NCBI GenBank assembly: GCA_031423495.1
Contig: JANPFP010000073.1
Coordinates: 36,968 to 100,967, forward strand
Direction: 5' to 3'
Origin: Acidobacteriota bacterium
GTDB taxonomy: Bacteria; Acidobacteriota; Blastocatellia; RBC074
Length of the DNA: 64,000 nt
In this document: positions 20,840 to 31,195 of the stretch, one piece after another
Numbering within the stretch: the stretch's first letter is position 1
How the letters are laid out: each line of letters opens with the position of its first letter
The notes under the pieces: model-generated
The model's input: only the letters and a program-made list of their open reading frames with translations
Database searches by the model: none
What the model was told of the DNA's origin: nothing
Made by a program: the position numbers and the translations under genes

Positions 20840-22084
20840 ATGATTGAACGCAGAAATTTTCTCAAACAAGCCGGAGCCGCTAGCGTCGCAATGACAGCAA
20901 CTTCATACGGCAAAGTGTTAGGCGCGAATGACCGCGTACGCCTCGGCATCATCGGCCCCGGCGCGCGCGGGCAGGAATTGATGAACTCGTTTTTAGGCGC
21001 AAACGCCAACGCCGAATTCGTCGCGTGCGCTGATGTCTATAAAGCGCGCTTCGATCAAGCCGCCAAGATTGCCGCAGGCATCAAGCCCTTCAGCGATCAT
21101 CGCAAGCTGCTTGAGCAAAAGGATGTAGACGCCGTAATCGTGGCTACGCCGTTGCACAGTCACGCGCGCCACTTCCTCGACACGCTGGCGGCTGGCAAAG
21201 ATTTATACGCCGAAAAAACCATGACCTGGTCTATCGAAGAAGCCGAAGCCTGTCTCGCCGCCGCCAAAAAAGTCGCCGCCAAGCGCGTCATTGGCGTAGG
21301 CCAACAGCACAACAGCGCGGGTTACTATCAAGACGCGCGCCGATGGACGAAAGACGGCTTGCTCGGCAAAGTCTCAAGCGTCGAAGCGTGGATGAGCCGC
21401 AACAGCAAACACGGTGTCCCCCAATGGGTGCGCCCCATCCCCGCCGATTGCAATACCTCAAACGTAGACTGGAAGGCTTTTCTCAATGGTCGCCCCAATC
21501 GTGAATTCGACGCGCATAAATTCATCAACTGGCGTTTGTTTTGGGAATTCAGCGGCGGCAACGTGACCGAAAACATGGTTCACCAAATCGGTTGGATCAT
21601 TGGCGTGCTTGATCTCGGTGTACCCACGGCGGCGTATATGTCTGGTGGTGTCTTCGCTGAAAAAGACGGACGCGAAGTGCCTGACACCATCTCGGTCGTG
21701 CTGGATTATCCGAACGATCTCGTCGTCTCGTGGCAATCGTCGTTCAGCAACAGCCGCTTCGGCCTGGGCATTCGCATTCTCGGTTCTGACGGCACGATTG
21801 AATGGCTCGCCGGGACGACTGATATGGTCAGCGGCAAGTCGGCCAGCGGCTGGAACTTCCAACCCGAAAAACTCAATCGCCCCGACGGCACGGCGATTCC
21901 GGGTACGGCCAAAGGCGACAACCATTACGGCAACTTCGTCGAATGTGTACGCTCGCGCAAAGAGCCGAATTCATCGGTCGAGTTGGGCTACAAGTCGGCG
22001 ATTGCGGCGCATATGGCGAACCTTTCTTATCGCCGTAAACAACGGCTGACGTTGGACGCTGCGCGACAAGTGGCGAGCCGATAA
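20840..22084 (+). CDS. Gfo/Idh/MocA family oxidoreductase, Tat-exported
   Basis: ERRNFLK, GANDRVRLGIIG, DAVIVATPLHSH, YAEK, NWRLFWEFSGG. Confidence 0.9.
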   Translation: MIERRNFLKQAGAASVAMTATSYGKVLGANDRVRLGIIGPGARGQELMNSFLGANANAEFVACADVYKARFDQAAKIAAGIKPFSDHRKLLEQKDVDAVIVATPLHSHARHFLDTLAAGKDLYAEKTMTWSIEEAEACLAAAKKVAAKRVIGVGQQHNSAGYYQDARRWTKDGLLGKVSSVEAWMSRNSKHGVPQWVRPIPADCNTSNVDWKAFLNGRPNREFDAHKFINWRLFWEFSGGNVTENMVHQIGWIIGVLDLGVPTAAYMSGGVFAEKDGREVPDTISVVLDYPNDLVVSWQSSFSNSRFGLGIRILGSDGTIEWLAGTTDMVSGKSASGWNFQPEKLNRPDGTAIPGTAKGDNHYGNFVECVRSRKEPNSSVELGYKSAIAAHMANLSYRRKQRLTLDAARQVASR

Positions 22085-22138
22085 AGCGAATACAGACAAC
22101 TTGATCAAGCCAGTCTGTGAAAACAGGCCAGCTTGTCG

Positions 22139-22181
22139 AAAAAAAATCAGGAAGTTCGAGCCTCAATAGCTCGAACTTCCT
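22139..22181 (-). terminator. Intrinsic terminator oriented on the minus strand
   Basis: AGGAAGTTCGAGC / GCTCGAACTTCCT 13-bp stem; T8 tract only on minus strand. Confidence 0.55.
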
Positions 22182-22241
22182 TCGCCGTTCACGCTTCCAT
22201 TCGGTGGCAATTAAGAACACTGGGAAAAGAAAGATCATCGA

Positions 22242-22937
22242 ATGTTATTTCGTAGCTTGGTTGCCGCCTTTGCCATTGGTTGGCTGTTCATTATCAACGC
22301 GCATGCTCAAACCTCCGCCTCGCCACCGCGCGACGACCAGCAGTTCTGGCACGAAACCCAAATCGTCAAACCGCTCAACGAAGCCAAGACGCAAAATCTT
22401 GTCATCATCGGTATCTTGCGCACCGGACGCGAGTTGCGTCGCCCGGTGGACGAACGCATCGGCGCGGGCGTGTCGTTCAGGTTCAAAAAGTATTTCACCT
22501 TCATGCCGTTCTATCTTTATACCGACCAGCAGCCCTTTGCCGGACGGCACATCAACGAACATCGCCTCGTGGCCGAACTCACGATCAAAGTTCCGGTCGG
22601 TCAATTCACCTTCACTGATCGCAACCGTTATGAACGTCGCGTGCGCCACCGCGAAGCGGACTTCGGCATTTATCGCAATCGTCTTTTCATAGATCATCCA
22701 GCGAAGCTGGGTTCGTTCGCGTTCAAGCCGTTTGTCGGCGCTGAGATTTTTTTTTCGACGCAAACTACGGGCGGGCGCCCACAGGACTTGGTGAGAGCGC
22801 GCTATCTGGCGGGCATCAACAAACAGATCACGCCAAATCTTTACGGCGAGGTGTTTTACCTGCGGCAACAAGACGGCGTGGCGCGTCCGGGCAATGTTCA
22901 CGCCATCGGTACGTTTTTGCGTTATACGTTGAAGTGA
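22242..22937 (+). CDS. DUF2490 family outer-membrane beta-barrel protein
   Basis: Signal peptide, DDQQFW, EHRL, DRNRYERR, YRNRL, alternating beta strands. Confidence 0.8.
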   Translation: MLFRSLVAAFAIGWLFIINAHAQTSASPPRDDQQFWHETQIVKPLNEAKTQNLVIIGILRTGRELRRPVDERIGAGVSFRFKKYFTFMPFYLYTDQQPFAGRHINEHRLVAELTIKVPVGQFTFTDRNRYERRVRHREADFGIYRNRLFIDHPAKLGSFAFKPFVGAEIFFSTQTTGGRPQDLVRARYLAGINKQITPNLYGEVFYLRQQDGVARPGNVHAIGTFLRYTLK

Positions 22938-24392
22938 TTAAGGCAGGCGAAGGGTTTGAACGACGTGCGCAGCCTTGCCCGCCAATCGTTCAGCCGCAAT
23001 GGCAGGCAGTCTGATCAAGGCTGAAGGGAACAATCCGCCCAACAACAAAAACAAAAACGCAGCGGTCAACACCCAGCGTTCGCGTGGCAGCGCATCGACT
23101 AATTCTTGCGCAGCGGCGACCGGCTTGCCCAGAAAGATGCGGGCGAAAAGTCGCACGACGCTGAAAGCATTCATCGCGGTCACGACGGGCAGAATTACGC
23201 CGAGATAGGGATTGGTCGCCAGCGTGCCTTGCAATAGCAAGTCTTCGGCGGGAAAGCCCAACGTCAGCGGCAACCCAACCAATGCCAAACAACCGACCGC
23301 AAAAAAGACCGCGAGGCGCGGGGCGTTGAGCGCCAAGCCCATAAACTTGTCAGTGTTGAGCGAAGCGCCCAGCCGCGCTTCGAGTCCCGCATAAACCGCC
23401 GCCATCATCGTTGTCGCCACTGATACCACTTGCCACAACACCAATGCTCCGGCGATGCCGACGGCGGTTTGGCTTTCGAGTCCCGTCAAAATAAAAGCCG
23501 ATTGGCTGATCGCCACGAGCGCGAAGATGCGGCGCGGCTTGCGTTCAGCCAGCGCCAGCACGGCGGCATAAACCGCAGTCAACAAACTCAACGCGCTGAA
23601 AAACGGCCAAGCCGTATGAGCTACGTCGGGCAACAGCGGCAGCACGATGCGCGCGACGAGAAAGGCTCCGAGGTGATCGTTCACCAACAAGACCAGTGGC
23701 AATAAAGGGCCTTTATCAAAAGCCGTCACGACCCACGAATGCGCGGGGAATAAACCTTTGCGCAAGATGACCGCGACCATCAAAAAACTGAACGCCGCGA
23801 ATAACAGCGAGTTTTCTCCGGTGCGCGCCTGCGTGAGTCCTAACCCGGCAGCATGCTCGGCATAAACCAACAACGCGATGCCAATGCACAAGCTGACGAA
23901 GCTCAACGCCAGCACGAGCTGCGAGAAAGCCGGAATGGTTCTTTCTGATTTCGCTGACGCGAAAAAGCGCATCACCAAAAACGGCGCGAGCGAACCGGCC
24001 CACGCCAGCACGAATACGATTAAGTTGTTCGCGGCATAAGCCGCATTGGTCGTAGCGCACAGCCACAACACACCCGCGAGCCACGACGGCGTGAGGTTGT
24101 GTTTCGGAGCCAGCACGGCTACGCCCAAACAGAGCGCAACGAAAAGCGATAACGGAATAGCGTTCAGCGCATCCATTGTGAAGCACTGCCACAAGGCTTC
24201 AGTGAATTTCGCGGCGGGCGTAAGGGCTACGGCAAAGTTGGCGATGAGCAAGAATGCGAGACTGGCGGCTAACGCAATGACAGTGCTGCGACGCGCGCGC
24301 GACAAGTCGTTCATCTTCCATACAAAAAAAGACGCGACCAGCGGGATCAATACGCTAAGGCTCAACCACGGAAAGGTGAATGATTCAGACAT
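22938..24392 (-). CDS. Proton-conducting antiporter-like membrane subunit (NuoM/MrpD-like)
   Basis: About 14 hydrophobic segments, RKGLFPAHSW, LALVGLPLTLGFPAEDLL; 1-nt overlap with dabB. Confidence 0.8.
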   Translation of the reverse strand: MSESFTFPWLSLSVLIPLVASFFVWKMNDLSRARRSTVIALAASLAFLLIANFAVALTPAAKFTEALWQCFTMDALNAIPLSLFVALCLGVAVLAPKHNLTPSWLAGVLWLCATTNAAYAANNLIVFVLAWAGSLAPFLVMRFFASAKSERTIPAFSQLVLALSFVSLCIGIALLVYAEHAAGLGLTQARTGENSLLFAAFSFLMVAVILRKGLFPAHSWVVTAFDKGPLLPLVLLVNDHLGAFLVARIVLPLLPDVAHTAWPFFSALSLLTAVYAAVLALAERKPRRIFALVAISQSAFILTGLESQTAVGIAGALVLWQVVSVATTMMAAVYAGLEARLGASLNTDKFMGLALNAPRLAVFFAVGCLALVGLPLTLGFPAEDLLLQGTLATNPYLGVILPVVTAMNAFSVVRLFARIFLGKPVAAAQELVDALPRERWVLTAAFLFLLLGGLFPSALIRLPAIAAERLAGKAAHVVQTLRLP

Positions 24393-25696
24393 CAGTGGCC
24401 TCCGCCTATCAATTTGATTTCGATTCGTTGCATCGCGTGCGCCAGGCGAATGACCGGCGCGACGACGAAGCGATCAAGGAAGTTGTCGTGATGTCCGCGA
24501 TCAAGCGCCAGCCGATATAGCCAATGCTGCATGGTTTGCGGCAACAGCTTGGCAAAGTGTTGACCGGTTGCACCCAAGTGTCCGGCAGCCGCGGCGTGTA
24601 CGCGATGATGATCGTGCAACAGCGAAGGCGCGCGCAGGAATTGCATCGTGCGCAGCAAGGCGTGTCCGACAATGTGCCACAACGCCAACCGCGTGAAGCC
24701 GAATCCGATCTCGACAAAGATCAAGCCCAGTTGCGTCATCGTTGCGTAAGCCAGCCCGGTTTTGGCGTCAGGGCAAGTGCGTCCGACCAGTGTGCCGTGA
24801 ATCGCCGTGAGCAAGCCGATGACGATGATGGCTTCGGCGACCAACACCGAAGAAGCAATCAACGGCTGCGCGCGCAGCAATAAATAGGCTCCGGCATGCA
24901 CGGAAAGCGCGCCGTAAAAAATCGCGCTCGACGGCGTAGGGCCTTCCATCGCGCGCGGCAGCCAGCCTGAAAAAGGCACTTGCGCGGCTTTGCCCATCGC
25001 GGCGAGTAATAACAGAATCGCGACGATGGTCGCGGCGTTTCCAACGAGCGGCGTATGCGGTTCGATGTTGTTCGGCAAGACTTGAGAGAATTCAGAAGTG
25101 CCGACGAAGATGTGCATGAGAACTACGCCGGTGAGCAAGCCTATGTCACAGGCGCGATAGGTGGCGAAGACGCGCAAGGCGCTCGTGACCGGATCGTCGC
25201 GGTGCTGAAAGAATGCGACCAACAGAATCGAAGTGATGCCTACGATTTCCCATCCGCCAATCATCAGGTCGAAGGAACCCGCCGCAAAAAACAACAGAAT
25301 GCCGCTACCAAATAAATTCAACAGCATGAAAAACCGGAAGAAGCCTGCGTCACGATGAATGTAACGGCGCGAGAAAACCGATACGATCAAGATGAGCAAG
25401 GCGCTCAACGTCAGCAACGGCAACGACAGATAGTCAGCCCACAGCGCCAGTGGAAAATGATAATGCCCGACCTCGAACCAGTTGCCATAAAGCGCGTGCA
25501 ATTGCTCTTTGCCGCTGGTAAGCAACTGCCACCACAGCGCCGCGACGATCAACAATACTGCCGTATAGCAAGCCGTCGTCAACTGCGCGACCGGACGTTC
25601 GGGCCAGCGCACGCCCAACAACCAGCTCGCCCCTAACACGGCGCACCAGCCGCCGGGCAACAAGATCAATAAAGCTAGTAAAAGGCTTTCACTCAT
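24392..25696 (-). CDS. dabB: DAB inorganic carbon transporter membrane subunit (NuoL-like)
   Basis: GWEIVG, RACDIG, GKAAQVPFSGWLPRAMEGPTPSSA; directly downstream of dabA. Confidence 0.85.
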   Translation of the reverse strand: MSESLLLALLILLPGGWCAVLGASWLLGVRWPERPVAQLTTACYTAVLLIVAALWWQLLTSGKEQLHALYGNWFEVGHYHFPLALWADYLSLPLLTLSALLILIVSVFSRRYIHRDAGFFRFFMLLNLFGSGILLFFAAGSFDLMIGGWEIVGITSILLVAFFQHRDDPVTSALRVFATYRACDIGLLTGVVLMHIFVGTSEFSQVLPNNIEPHTPLVGNAATIVAILLLLAAMGKAAQVPFSGWLPRAMEGPTPSSAIFYGALSVHAGAYLLLRAQPLIASSVLVAEAIIVIGLLTAIHGTLVGRTCPDAKTGLAYATMTQLGLIFVEIGFGFTRLALWHIVGHALLRTMQFLRAPSLLHDHHRVHAAAAGHLGATGQHFAKLLPQTMQHWLYRLALDRGHHDNFLDRFVVAPVIRLAHAMQRIEIKLIGGGH

Positions 25697-25700
25697 ATTT

Positions 25701-28640
25701 TTACCGCGCGCTGCTCGCGTGCGCCGCAGTCGCCGTCACCCGCGCGATGGGCAGGTGTTCCAGCTTGCCGCGAAACCAAGCGGATGACGTGGCGATTTCG
25801 GGCAGCTTCACCGTTTCGGTGATGGGTTCAAATACGCCGTTGCGATAAACGTGAATTGCGCCAGTGGCGGGCTCCATCGCCACCAGACGAATCCAGCGGT
25901 TGGTGACTAACTCGGTGACTTCGGCGCTGCGGCGCACTGCTTCCATCACTTTCTCAGGCGTATTCTCGACGATCAGCAACAGCCGCACCGGTTCATGGAT
26001 TTCGACCATTTGCCAGGGCAAGCCGGTACGCAAATCGCTCGCGTGCCCGTTCATCACGCCCATCAAGCCGGTGACGTTGTGCGGCAGTTTCGTACCGCAA
26101 CCGTAGCGTTCGTTATCCACAAACGAAAAATAGTATTCGAGACTGATGCCCGCGCAGACCGGACCGGCTGCGCCCAAGATCGCAGCAAGACTGTTGTTTT
26201 CAGGGTCGCGTTCGGCGTCGTAAGAAATCAGAAAAGCGCGACGGTCAAGGAACAAGCCGCGCGTAACGCTGCGTCGGCCTACGATGCAAACGGCGTTCGT
26301 GCAATGACCGTATTCCGGTCGCGGTTCGGCCAGATGTTCAGCGCGCTCTTCGACGTGGCGCAATCCGTCGAGCGGAGTTTGCGCGCGATAGGCCGCCTCA
26401 AAACGGCGCGCGCGTTCGAGCGCATTGGCTTCGCGCGCACGATCAAGCGATTCAGACAGCCGCGCGAAATCAGCCGTGTGCGAAGCGGGAATGGCCGCCG
26501 TGTCAAAAAGCTCAACTACGTCGTTGGCGGTATCGTGATAGCCGCCGACGAACCACGTGTCAGTGGGAATGATGACGCCCATTGCGTTTATGCGTTCGCG
26601 CACGGGCGGATGATTCGCCATCGCGGCGAAGAGGCGTCCGTTGGACCCGCCGCGCCGTCCGCCGCACGCGCCGCAATCGTGCGCCGATTCGTGCGGATTG
26701 TTCAGGCTCGTCGAACCGTGACCTAAGATCGTCACGAGCCGGGCGTGGTTTTCGGTCAAGCCCGCCGCGCGCAACGTACCGCCAATGCGATCAGCCATTT
26801 CTTGAATCGAAAACCCTTTGAGCAAGCTTCCAGCTTTTTCCTCGCCATCGCGTTCCATCGCCAGTTCGGTTAGCGGCGCAGGCAATAACGCATCGCCTAA
26901 ACGTGAATACCAACCGCCCGCGTGACGCGGAATCAATATGCGTGTCACGAGCGGGAACGCCGCGAGCCAGCCCGTCGTGAGCGAACCCAAGGCGCCGCGC
27001 AATAAAGTGCGCGAACCGATGAAACCATGATTCGCCGCATTCGCCCACAGCTTGCGGCGGCTTTGGCGTTTTTCTGCCAGCGCTTGATGGTCGGCGTGCG
27101 GACGTTCAAACACGGCGTGTTGCGGCTTGACGACGACCGGGCAAAACGCAGCGCCGTGCGCGTCGTCTTGCCCCTGATAGTGAATGGCTACGCCAAAGAA
27201 ACCGGCTGCGCCCAACGTTTCAACGCTGGGGTCAATTTCTTCGAGCGCTCGGCGAATGGATTCTTCGCGTTCGTCAATGCAAAAGATGACTTGCGCCGAC
27301 GGGCGATGCGCGGGGCGGCGCGGATCAATCGTCGCGCGATGCGTGAGCAGAGGCCGCAGGATTTCTTGTTCGTGGCGATATTCGTAAGCCAGATGCCACA
27401 CGCGGCGGCGCTCCCAATCGTAGAAGCCGTTGATCTCAGCGCGTAACAAATTGAATTCGTCAGATGAAAGCGCGTTGATGCGTTCGGCTGAAAGTCCCAG
27501 CAATTGCGCTGCGTCAAACAGGCGCGCGGCTTGCGCCATCTGTTGGGCTTCGGTGAGTGGCGCGGGCGCGCAAGGTTGTCGCCATTGTTTCCAGATTTGT
27601 GAAGATGCGGCGTTCTCGCAAGCTGCAATCGTTAACGTCAATCGCACGGCGAGAAAGTCCATCAGCGAACACGGCAACTGCTGGTGCGGAGCCAATTCCG
27701 GTTCGTTTTCGAGCTTGCGCATCAAGCCCGCCCAACCCGGCAACGACAACAGTTCAGCGATCAGCAAGGCTTCCCACTCTTCAGGCGCTACGTTGAATTT
27801 AGTCAGCGCGTCAGTGACGACCTGTTCGGCGGATTTGTGCTTCGCGGCTTGCGATTGAAAAGCGTTTTCTACGCCCGACAGCAACGCGGGCGGCAACCAA
27901 CCCGACCGACTGAACAACGCGCGCACCGCCGGATAAAAACCTTTTTCACGTAGCGGCATCGTCCAATATGCCAAGCCTTGATCGAAAAACGCAGCACTCA
28001 AACGAATGAGCCATGCGTTGATCGTCTCGTCAGTGTCAAGGCCGTGGCGCACCAATACAGCATCGCGCGGACGAACTGGTGAAATCGGCGCATTCGCTTG
28101 GGGCGACTGCCGATGAAAGCAAGCAGCGAACAGGTCGTGCGTTGCTTTGCTTTCTGCCTGACCATTCAACACCGCTTGCCGCGCATCAGCCGACAAGTCA
28201 TCGCGCAAACGATCAAGCAAGCCCTCTTCATCCAGCAGCCATTCAAAGTTGGCTTCGGTAATAGTGCGCAAGCCCGGGTCTAGCAATGCGCGTCGCAATT
28301 GGTTGCGGCTCAGTTGTTTCGGGATAATGTCGGCGTCGGCTTCGCGCGCGAGGATAACGTCAAGGTCTTTGGCACGGATGCGGCGGGCGGCGAATTCTTT
28401 ACGAAACGCCGCTTCAGTCATGAAAGGTTCAGTATCAAACAGCCGCGCGGCCTGTTGCACGGCGTCTTCAAAGGGCAGGTGTTGAAAGGCGTGCAGCGTG
28501 TTGTGATGAATAAACACGCCAATCGGCCCTTGCACGGGCAGGTAATGCGCCGCGTGATCAACTGCGTGTTTGGCCGCATGCCGCAAGTGTTCTGACGCGG
28601 GAACATGTTCCGTCTTATCCGCTAACTCCCCTGCATTCAT
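25701..28640 (-). CDS. dabA: DUF2309 / DabA, beta-CA-like subunit of the inorganic carbon pump
   Basis: FIHHNTLHAF, LPGWAG, FCIDEREES, GHGS...DCGACGG (Zn ligands), RPEYG, DLRTGLPWQMV, HEPVRL. Confidence 0.93.
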   Translation of the reverse strand: MNAGELADKTEHVPASEHLRHAAKHAVDHAAHYLPVQGPIGVFIHHNTLHAFQHLPFEDAVQQAARLFDTEPFMTEAAFRKEFAARRIRAKDLDVILAREADADIIPKQLSRNQLRRALLDPGLRTITEANFEWLLDEEGLLDRLRDDLSADARQAVLNGQAESKATHDLFAACFHRQSPQANAPISPVRPRDAVLVRHGLDTDETINAWLIRLSAAFFDQGLAYWTMPLREKGFYPAVRALFSRSGWLPPALLSGVENAFQSQAAKHKSAEQVVTDALTKFNVAPEEWEALLIAELLSLPGWAGLMRKLENEPELAPHQQLPCSLMDFLAVRLTLTIAACENAASSQIWKQWRQPCAPAPLTEAQQMAQAARLFDAAQLLGLSAERINALSSDEFNLLRAEINGFYDWERRRVWHLAYEYRHEQEILRPLLTHRATIDPRRPAHRPSAQVIFCIDEREESIRRALEEIDPSVETLGAAGFFGVAIHYQGQDDAHGAAFCPVVVKPQHAVFERPHADHQALAEKRQSRRKLWANAANHGFIGSRTLLRGALGSLTTGWLAAFPLVTRILIPRHAGGWYSRLGDALLPAPLTELAMERDGEEKAGSLLKGFSIQEMADRIGGTLRAAGLTENHARLVTILGHGSTSLNNPHESAHDCGACGGRRGGSNGRLFAAMANHPPVRERINAMGVIIPTDTWFVGGYHDTANDVVELFDTAAIPASHTADFARLSESLDRAREANALERARRFEAAYRAQTPLDGLRHVEERAEHLAEPRPEYGHCTNAVCIVGRRSVTRGLFLDRRAFLISYDAERDPENNSLAAILGAAGPVCAGISLEYYFSFVDNERYGCGTKLPHNVTGLMGVMNGHASDLRTGLPWQMVEIHEPVRLLLIVENTPEKVMEAVRRSAEVTELVTNRWIRLVAMEPATGAIHVYRNGVFEPITETVKLPEIATSSAWFRGKLEHLPIARVTATAAHASSAR

Positions 28641-28658
28641 TTTAGGTTCTCGCCTTCA

Positions 28659-29366
28659 TCAGGCTTTTGCTTTTGCCGCGACATCTTTCTTGATGAGAAG
28701 GCTAGCGGTTACGTCTTTCTTGCCCGCCAACGTAGCGTCTTCGAAAAATTCAACTTCACCTGTTTCGAGATTATGCATGGCGCCGACTATGTCTAACTCA
28801 CCTTTTTCAACCATTTGCTCCAAAATGTAGCTTCGACTGACGATGGCTTTCACCGAACGCTTCATATTCAGTAGCGTGACGTTTTCCACGAATTTATCAT
28901 TGGTGGAATTCCGTTCGTCGGGATTCGTTACCGTTCTTTCTTCGTAAACTGCCGGTTGTAACTTAGCGAGTAACTCAGTCAAGTTACCCATTTCTACGTG
29001 ATCGCATGCGCCTTTGATCGCGCCGCAGTTCGTATGCCCCAGCACGACAATCAGCTTCGCGCCGGAAAGCTTACAGGCAAATTCCATGCTGCCGAGAATG
29101 TCGGTGTTGATGATGTTACCCGCAATGCGAATCGAAAAAACATCTCCCAGCCCTTGATCGAAAATCAGTTCGGCAGATGTTCGACTATCAATGCAGCTTA
29201 AAATAACGGCGAACGGCCATTGCCCCTCGCGCGTTTCATTTGCCTGTTGCAACAGGTTGCGATTGGCTTTTAAGTTATTGATAAAGCGTTGATTGCCCTG
29301 CTTCAGGATTTCTAACGCATCACGCGGTGTAAGTTTATCTTGCAACTCTTTTGTCAAAGTTCTCAT
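28659..29366 (-). CDS. Beta-class carbonic anhydrase
   Basis: LSCIDSR, FDQGLGDVFSIRIAGN, LGHTNCGA. Confidence 0.95.
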   Translation of the reverse strand: MRTLTKELQDKLTPRDALEILKQGNQRFINNLKANRNLLQQANETREGQWPFAVILSCIDSRTSAELIFDQGLGDVFSIRIAGNIINTDILGSMEFACKLSGAKLIVVLGHTNCGAIKGACDHVEMGNLTELLAKLQPAVYEERTVTNPDERNSTNDKFVENVTLLNMKRSVKAIVSRSYILEQMVEKGELDIVGAMHNLETGEVEFFEDATLAGKKDVTASLLIKKDVAAKAKA

Positions 29367-29397
29367 GTCGTATGCCTTCCTTCTCTGATTGTGGTGA

Positions 29398-30966
29398 TTA
29401 ATGTGAGGTTACGTGTTGTGCGTATTCCATCTGGTAATGATCTTTGAACCCAATCAAGCTCACTGAAATGTCGCGGTCTTTCGCCCCCAAGGTAACAAAG
29501 TCTCTGATTAATTCGATAACGTCGTGGTCAATATAAATAGAGTTAGCTGCGTTAATAACGACATTGGCCTTTTGCGGCAGGCTTGCTAGGGTTTCCTTGA
29601 TCGCGGCTTTATTCAAGAAGGACACTTCCTGCGCCAAGTCAACATAAATTGTCTCGCCTTTATGGTGTTCCTCTTTCTTGAAGAAATAAGCCAGCCTCAT
29701 ATTTGACCGGAGGATAAAGAAAATGCTCACCGCCAATCCGATACCTACGCCTTTTAATAAATCGGTGAGTACTACAGCCACGACGGTGACGATAAACGGG
29801 GCAAACTGGTATTTGCCTTCTTCCCACATGCGTTTGAATACCGACGGGCTGGCGAGCCGATAACCAGTAACTAACAGCACGGCTGCCAAACAAGCTAAGG
29901 GGATACGATTTAAGATGGCGGGAATCATTACTACAGCCAGCACCAGAAATACGCCGTGCGCAATTGCGGAAACTTTCGTTCTGGCTCCTGCGGTGGCGTT
30001 TGCCGAAGTCCTGACGATCACCGAAGTCATCGGTAAACCGCCGATTAAGCCACTCAGCAGGTTACCTACGCCTTGCGCTTTTAATTCAGTATTGGTGTTG
30101 GTAAAACGTTTCAGCGGATCCATTTTGTCAGCCGCTTCGATGCACAGCAGCGTTTCAATGCTGGCGACGGCGGCAATCGTGGCGGCGACGATCCAGACTT
30201 TCGCATTGGCGATGGCCGAAAAATTAGGGCGAGAAAATTGCCCGATAAACTCTGAGAAAGAATTAGCGACGGGCAAGCTAACTAAATGCTCTTGCGAAAT
30301 CGCCAAGCTTGAGCCTTGCGCTTTGAATACTTCGTTGAGTACGACGCCGACCATAACGGCGATCAGTGCGCCGGGAACCGCTTTTATCTTTTTCAGAAAA
30401 TCAATTTTCATCCACGCAATTAAGATCGCCAGCGAAATCAACGTAATAATAATTGCGCCCAAGTGAGAATAATTCGCGGCGTCAATCAGCGACGAAAACG
30501 TATTGTGTCCGTTGTTTTCGATAAAGAAAAAATCGCCCTCGTTATCTTTGTCATAGCCGACGGCGTGGGGCAATTGTTTCAGGATTATAATAATGCCGAT
30601 AGCTGCCAGCATTCCTTCGATTACGTTTGAGGGGAAATAATTCGAGATGGTTCCGGCTTTGGCAAAGCCCAATACGATTTGCATTAAACCCGCCAGCAAC
30701 ACCGCGAGCAGAAACGTTTCAAAAGAACCTAAGTCTTTGATGGCGACTAACACGATGGCGGTTAATCCGGCGGCGGGGCCAGAGACACTGAGGTGAGAAT
30801 TGCTCAAACAACCCACGACAATGCCACCGATGACGCCCGCGATGATGCCTGAAAACAGCGGGGCTCCGCTGGCGAGAGCGATGCCCAGGCAAAGCGGCAG
30901 CGCAACGAGAAAGACCACGAGGCCCGATAACACGTCCGTCCTGAAATAAGAAAAAATAGATGTCAT
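29398..30966 (-). CDS. sulP: SulP/SLC26 inorganic anion (probably bicarbonate) transporter
   Basis: SGLVVFLVALPLCLGIALASG, VSGPAAGL, ELKAQGVGN, GGLPMTSVIVR, STAS-like C-terminus. Confidence 0.92.
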   Translation of the reverse strand: MTSIFSYFRTDVLSGLVVFLVALPLCLGIALASGAPLFSGIIAGVIGGIVVGCLSNSHLSVSGPAAGLTAIVLVAIKDLGSFETFLLAVLLAGLMQIVLGFAKAGTISNYFPSNVIEGMLAAIGIIIILKQLPHAVGYDKDNEGDFFFIENNGHNTFSSLIDAANYSHLGAIIITLISLAILIAWMKIDFLKKIKAVPGALIAVMVGVVLNEVFKAQGSSLAISQEHLVSLPVANSFSEFIGQFSRPNFSAIANAKVWIVAATIAAVASIETLLCIEAADKMDPLKRFTNTNTELKAQGVGNLLSGLIGGLPMTSVIVRTSANATAGARTKVSAIAHGVFLVLAVVMIPAILNRIPLACLAAVLLVTGYRLASPSVFKRMWEEGKYQFAPFIVTVVAVVLTDLLKGVGIGLAVSIFFILRSNMRLAYFFKKEEHHKGETIYVDLAQEVSFLNKAAIKETLASLPQKANVVINAANSIYIDHDVIELIRDFVTLGAKDRDISVSLIGFKDHYQMEYAQHVTSH

Positions 30967-31126
30967 AACGTAGCTTCTTTTTGAAATAACTCAGTTACTT
31001 CTTGGTACTCACGATCATACAACGACCGTGATTGCCCGTGATGCATTGTTGATGGAATGCTGAAGTTGCCTTGAACCGCGATGCGGATATTCAATGTGCT
31101 TTCCCGACAACGGGACACTTTGCTAC

Positions 31127-31143
31127 AGCAATAATCAGGCCAG
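31127..31143 (-). promoter_or_regulatory. Sigma54 -24/-12 promoter facing the sulP-CA-dab operon
   Basis: Minus strand CTGGCCTGATTATTGCT = TGGC-N7-TTGCT with exact GG-N10-GC spacing; NtrC-type activator encoded divergently. Confidence 0.7.
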
Positions 31144-31195
31144 AGGCAAAATGTCATAAGTGCTTGCAAAACAGATAGTCGGCCAAAAAAGCAGC

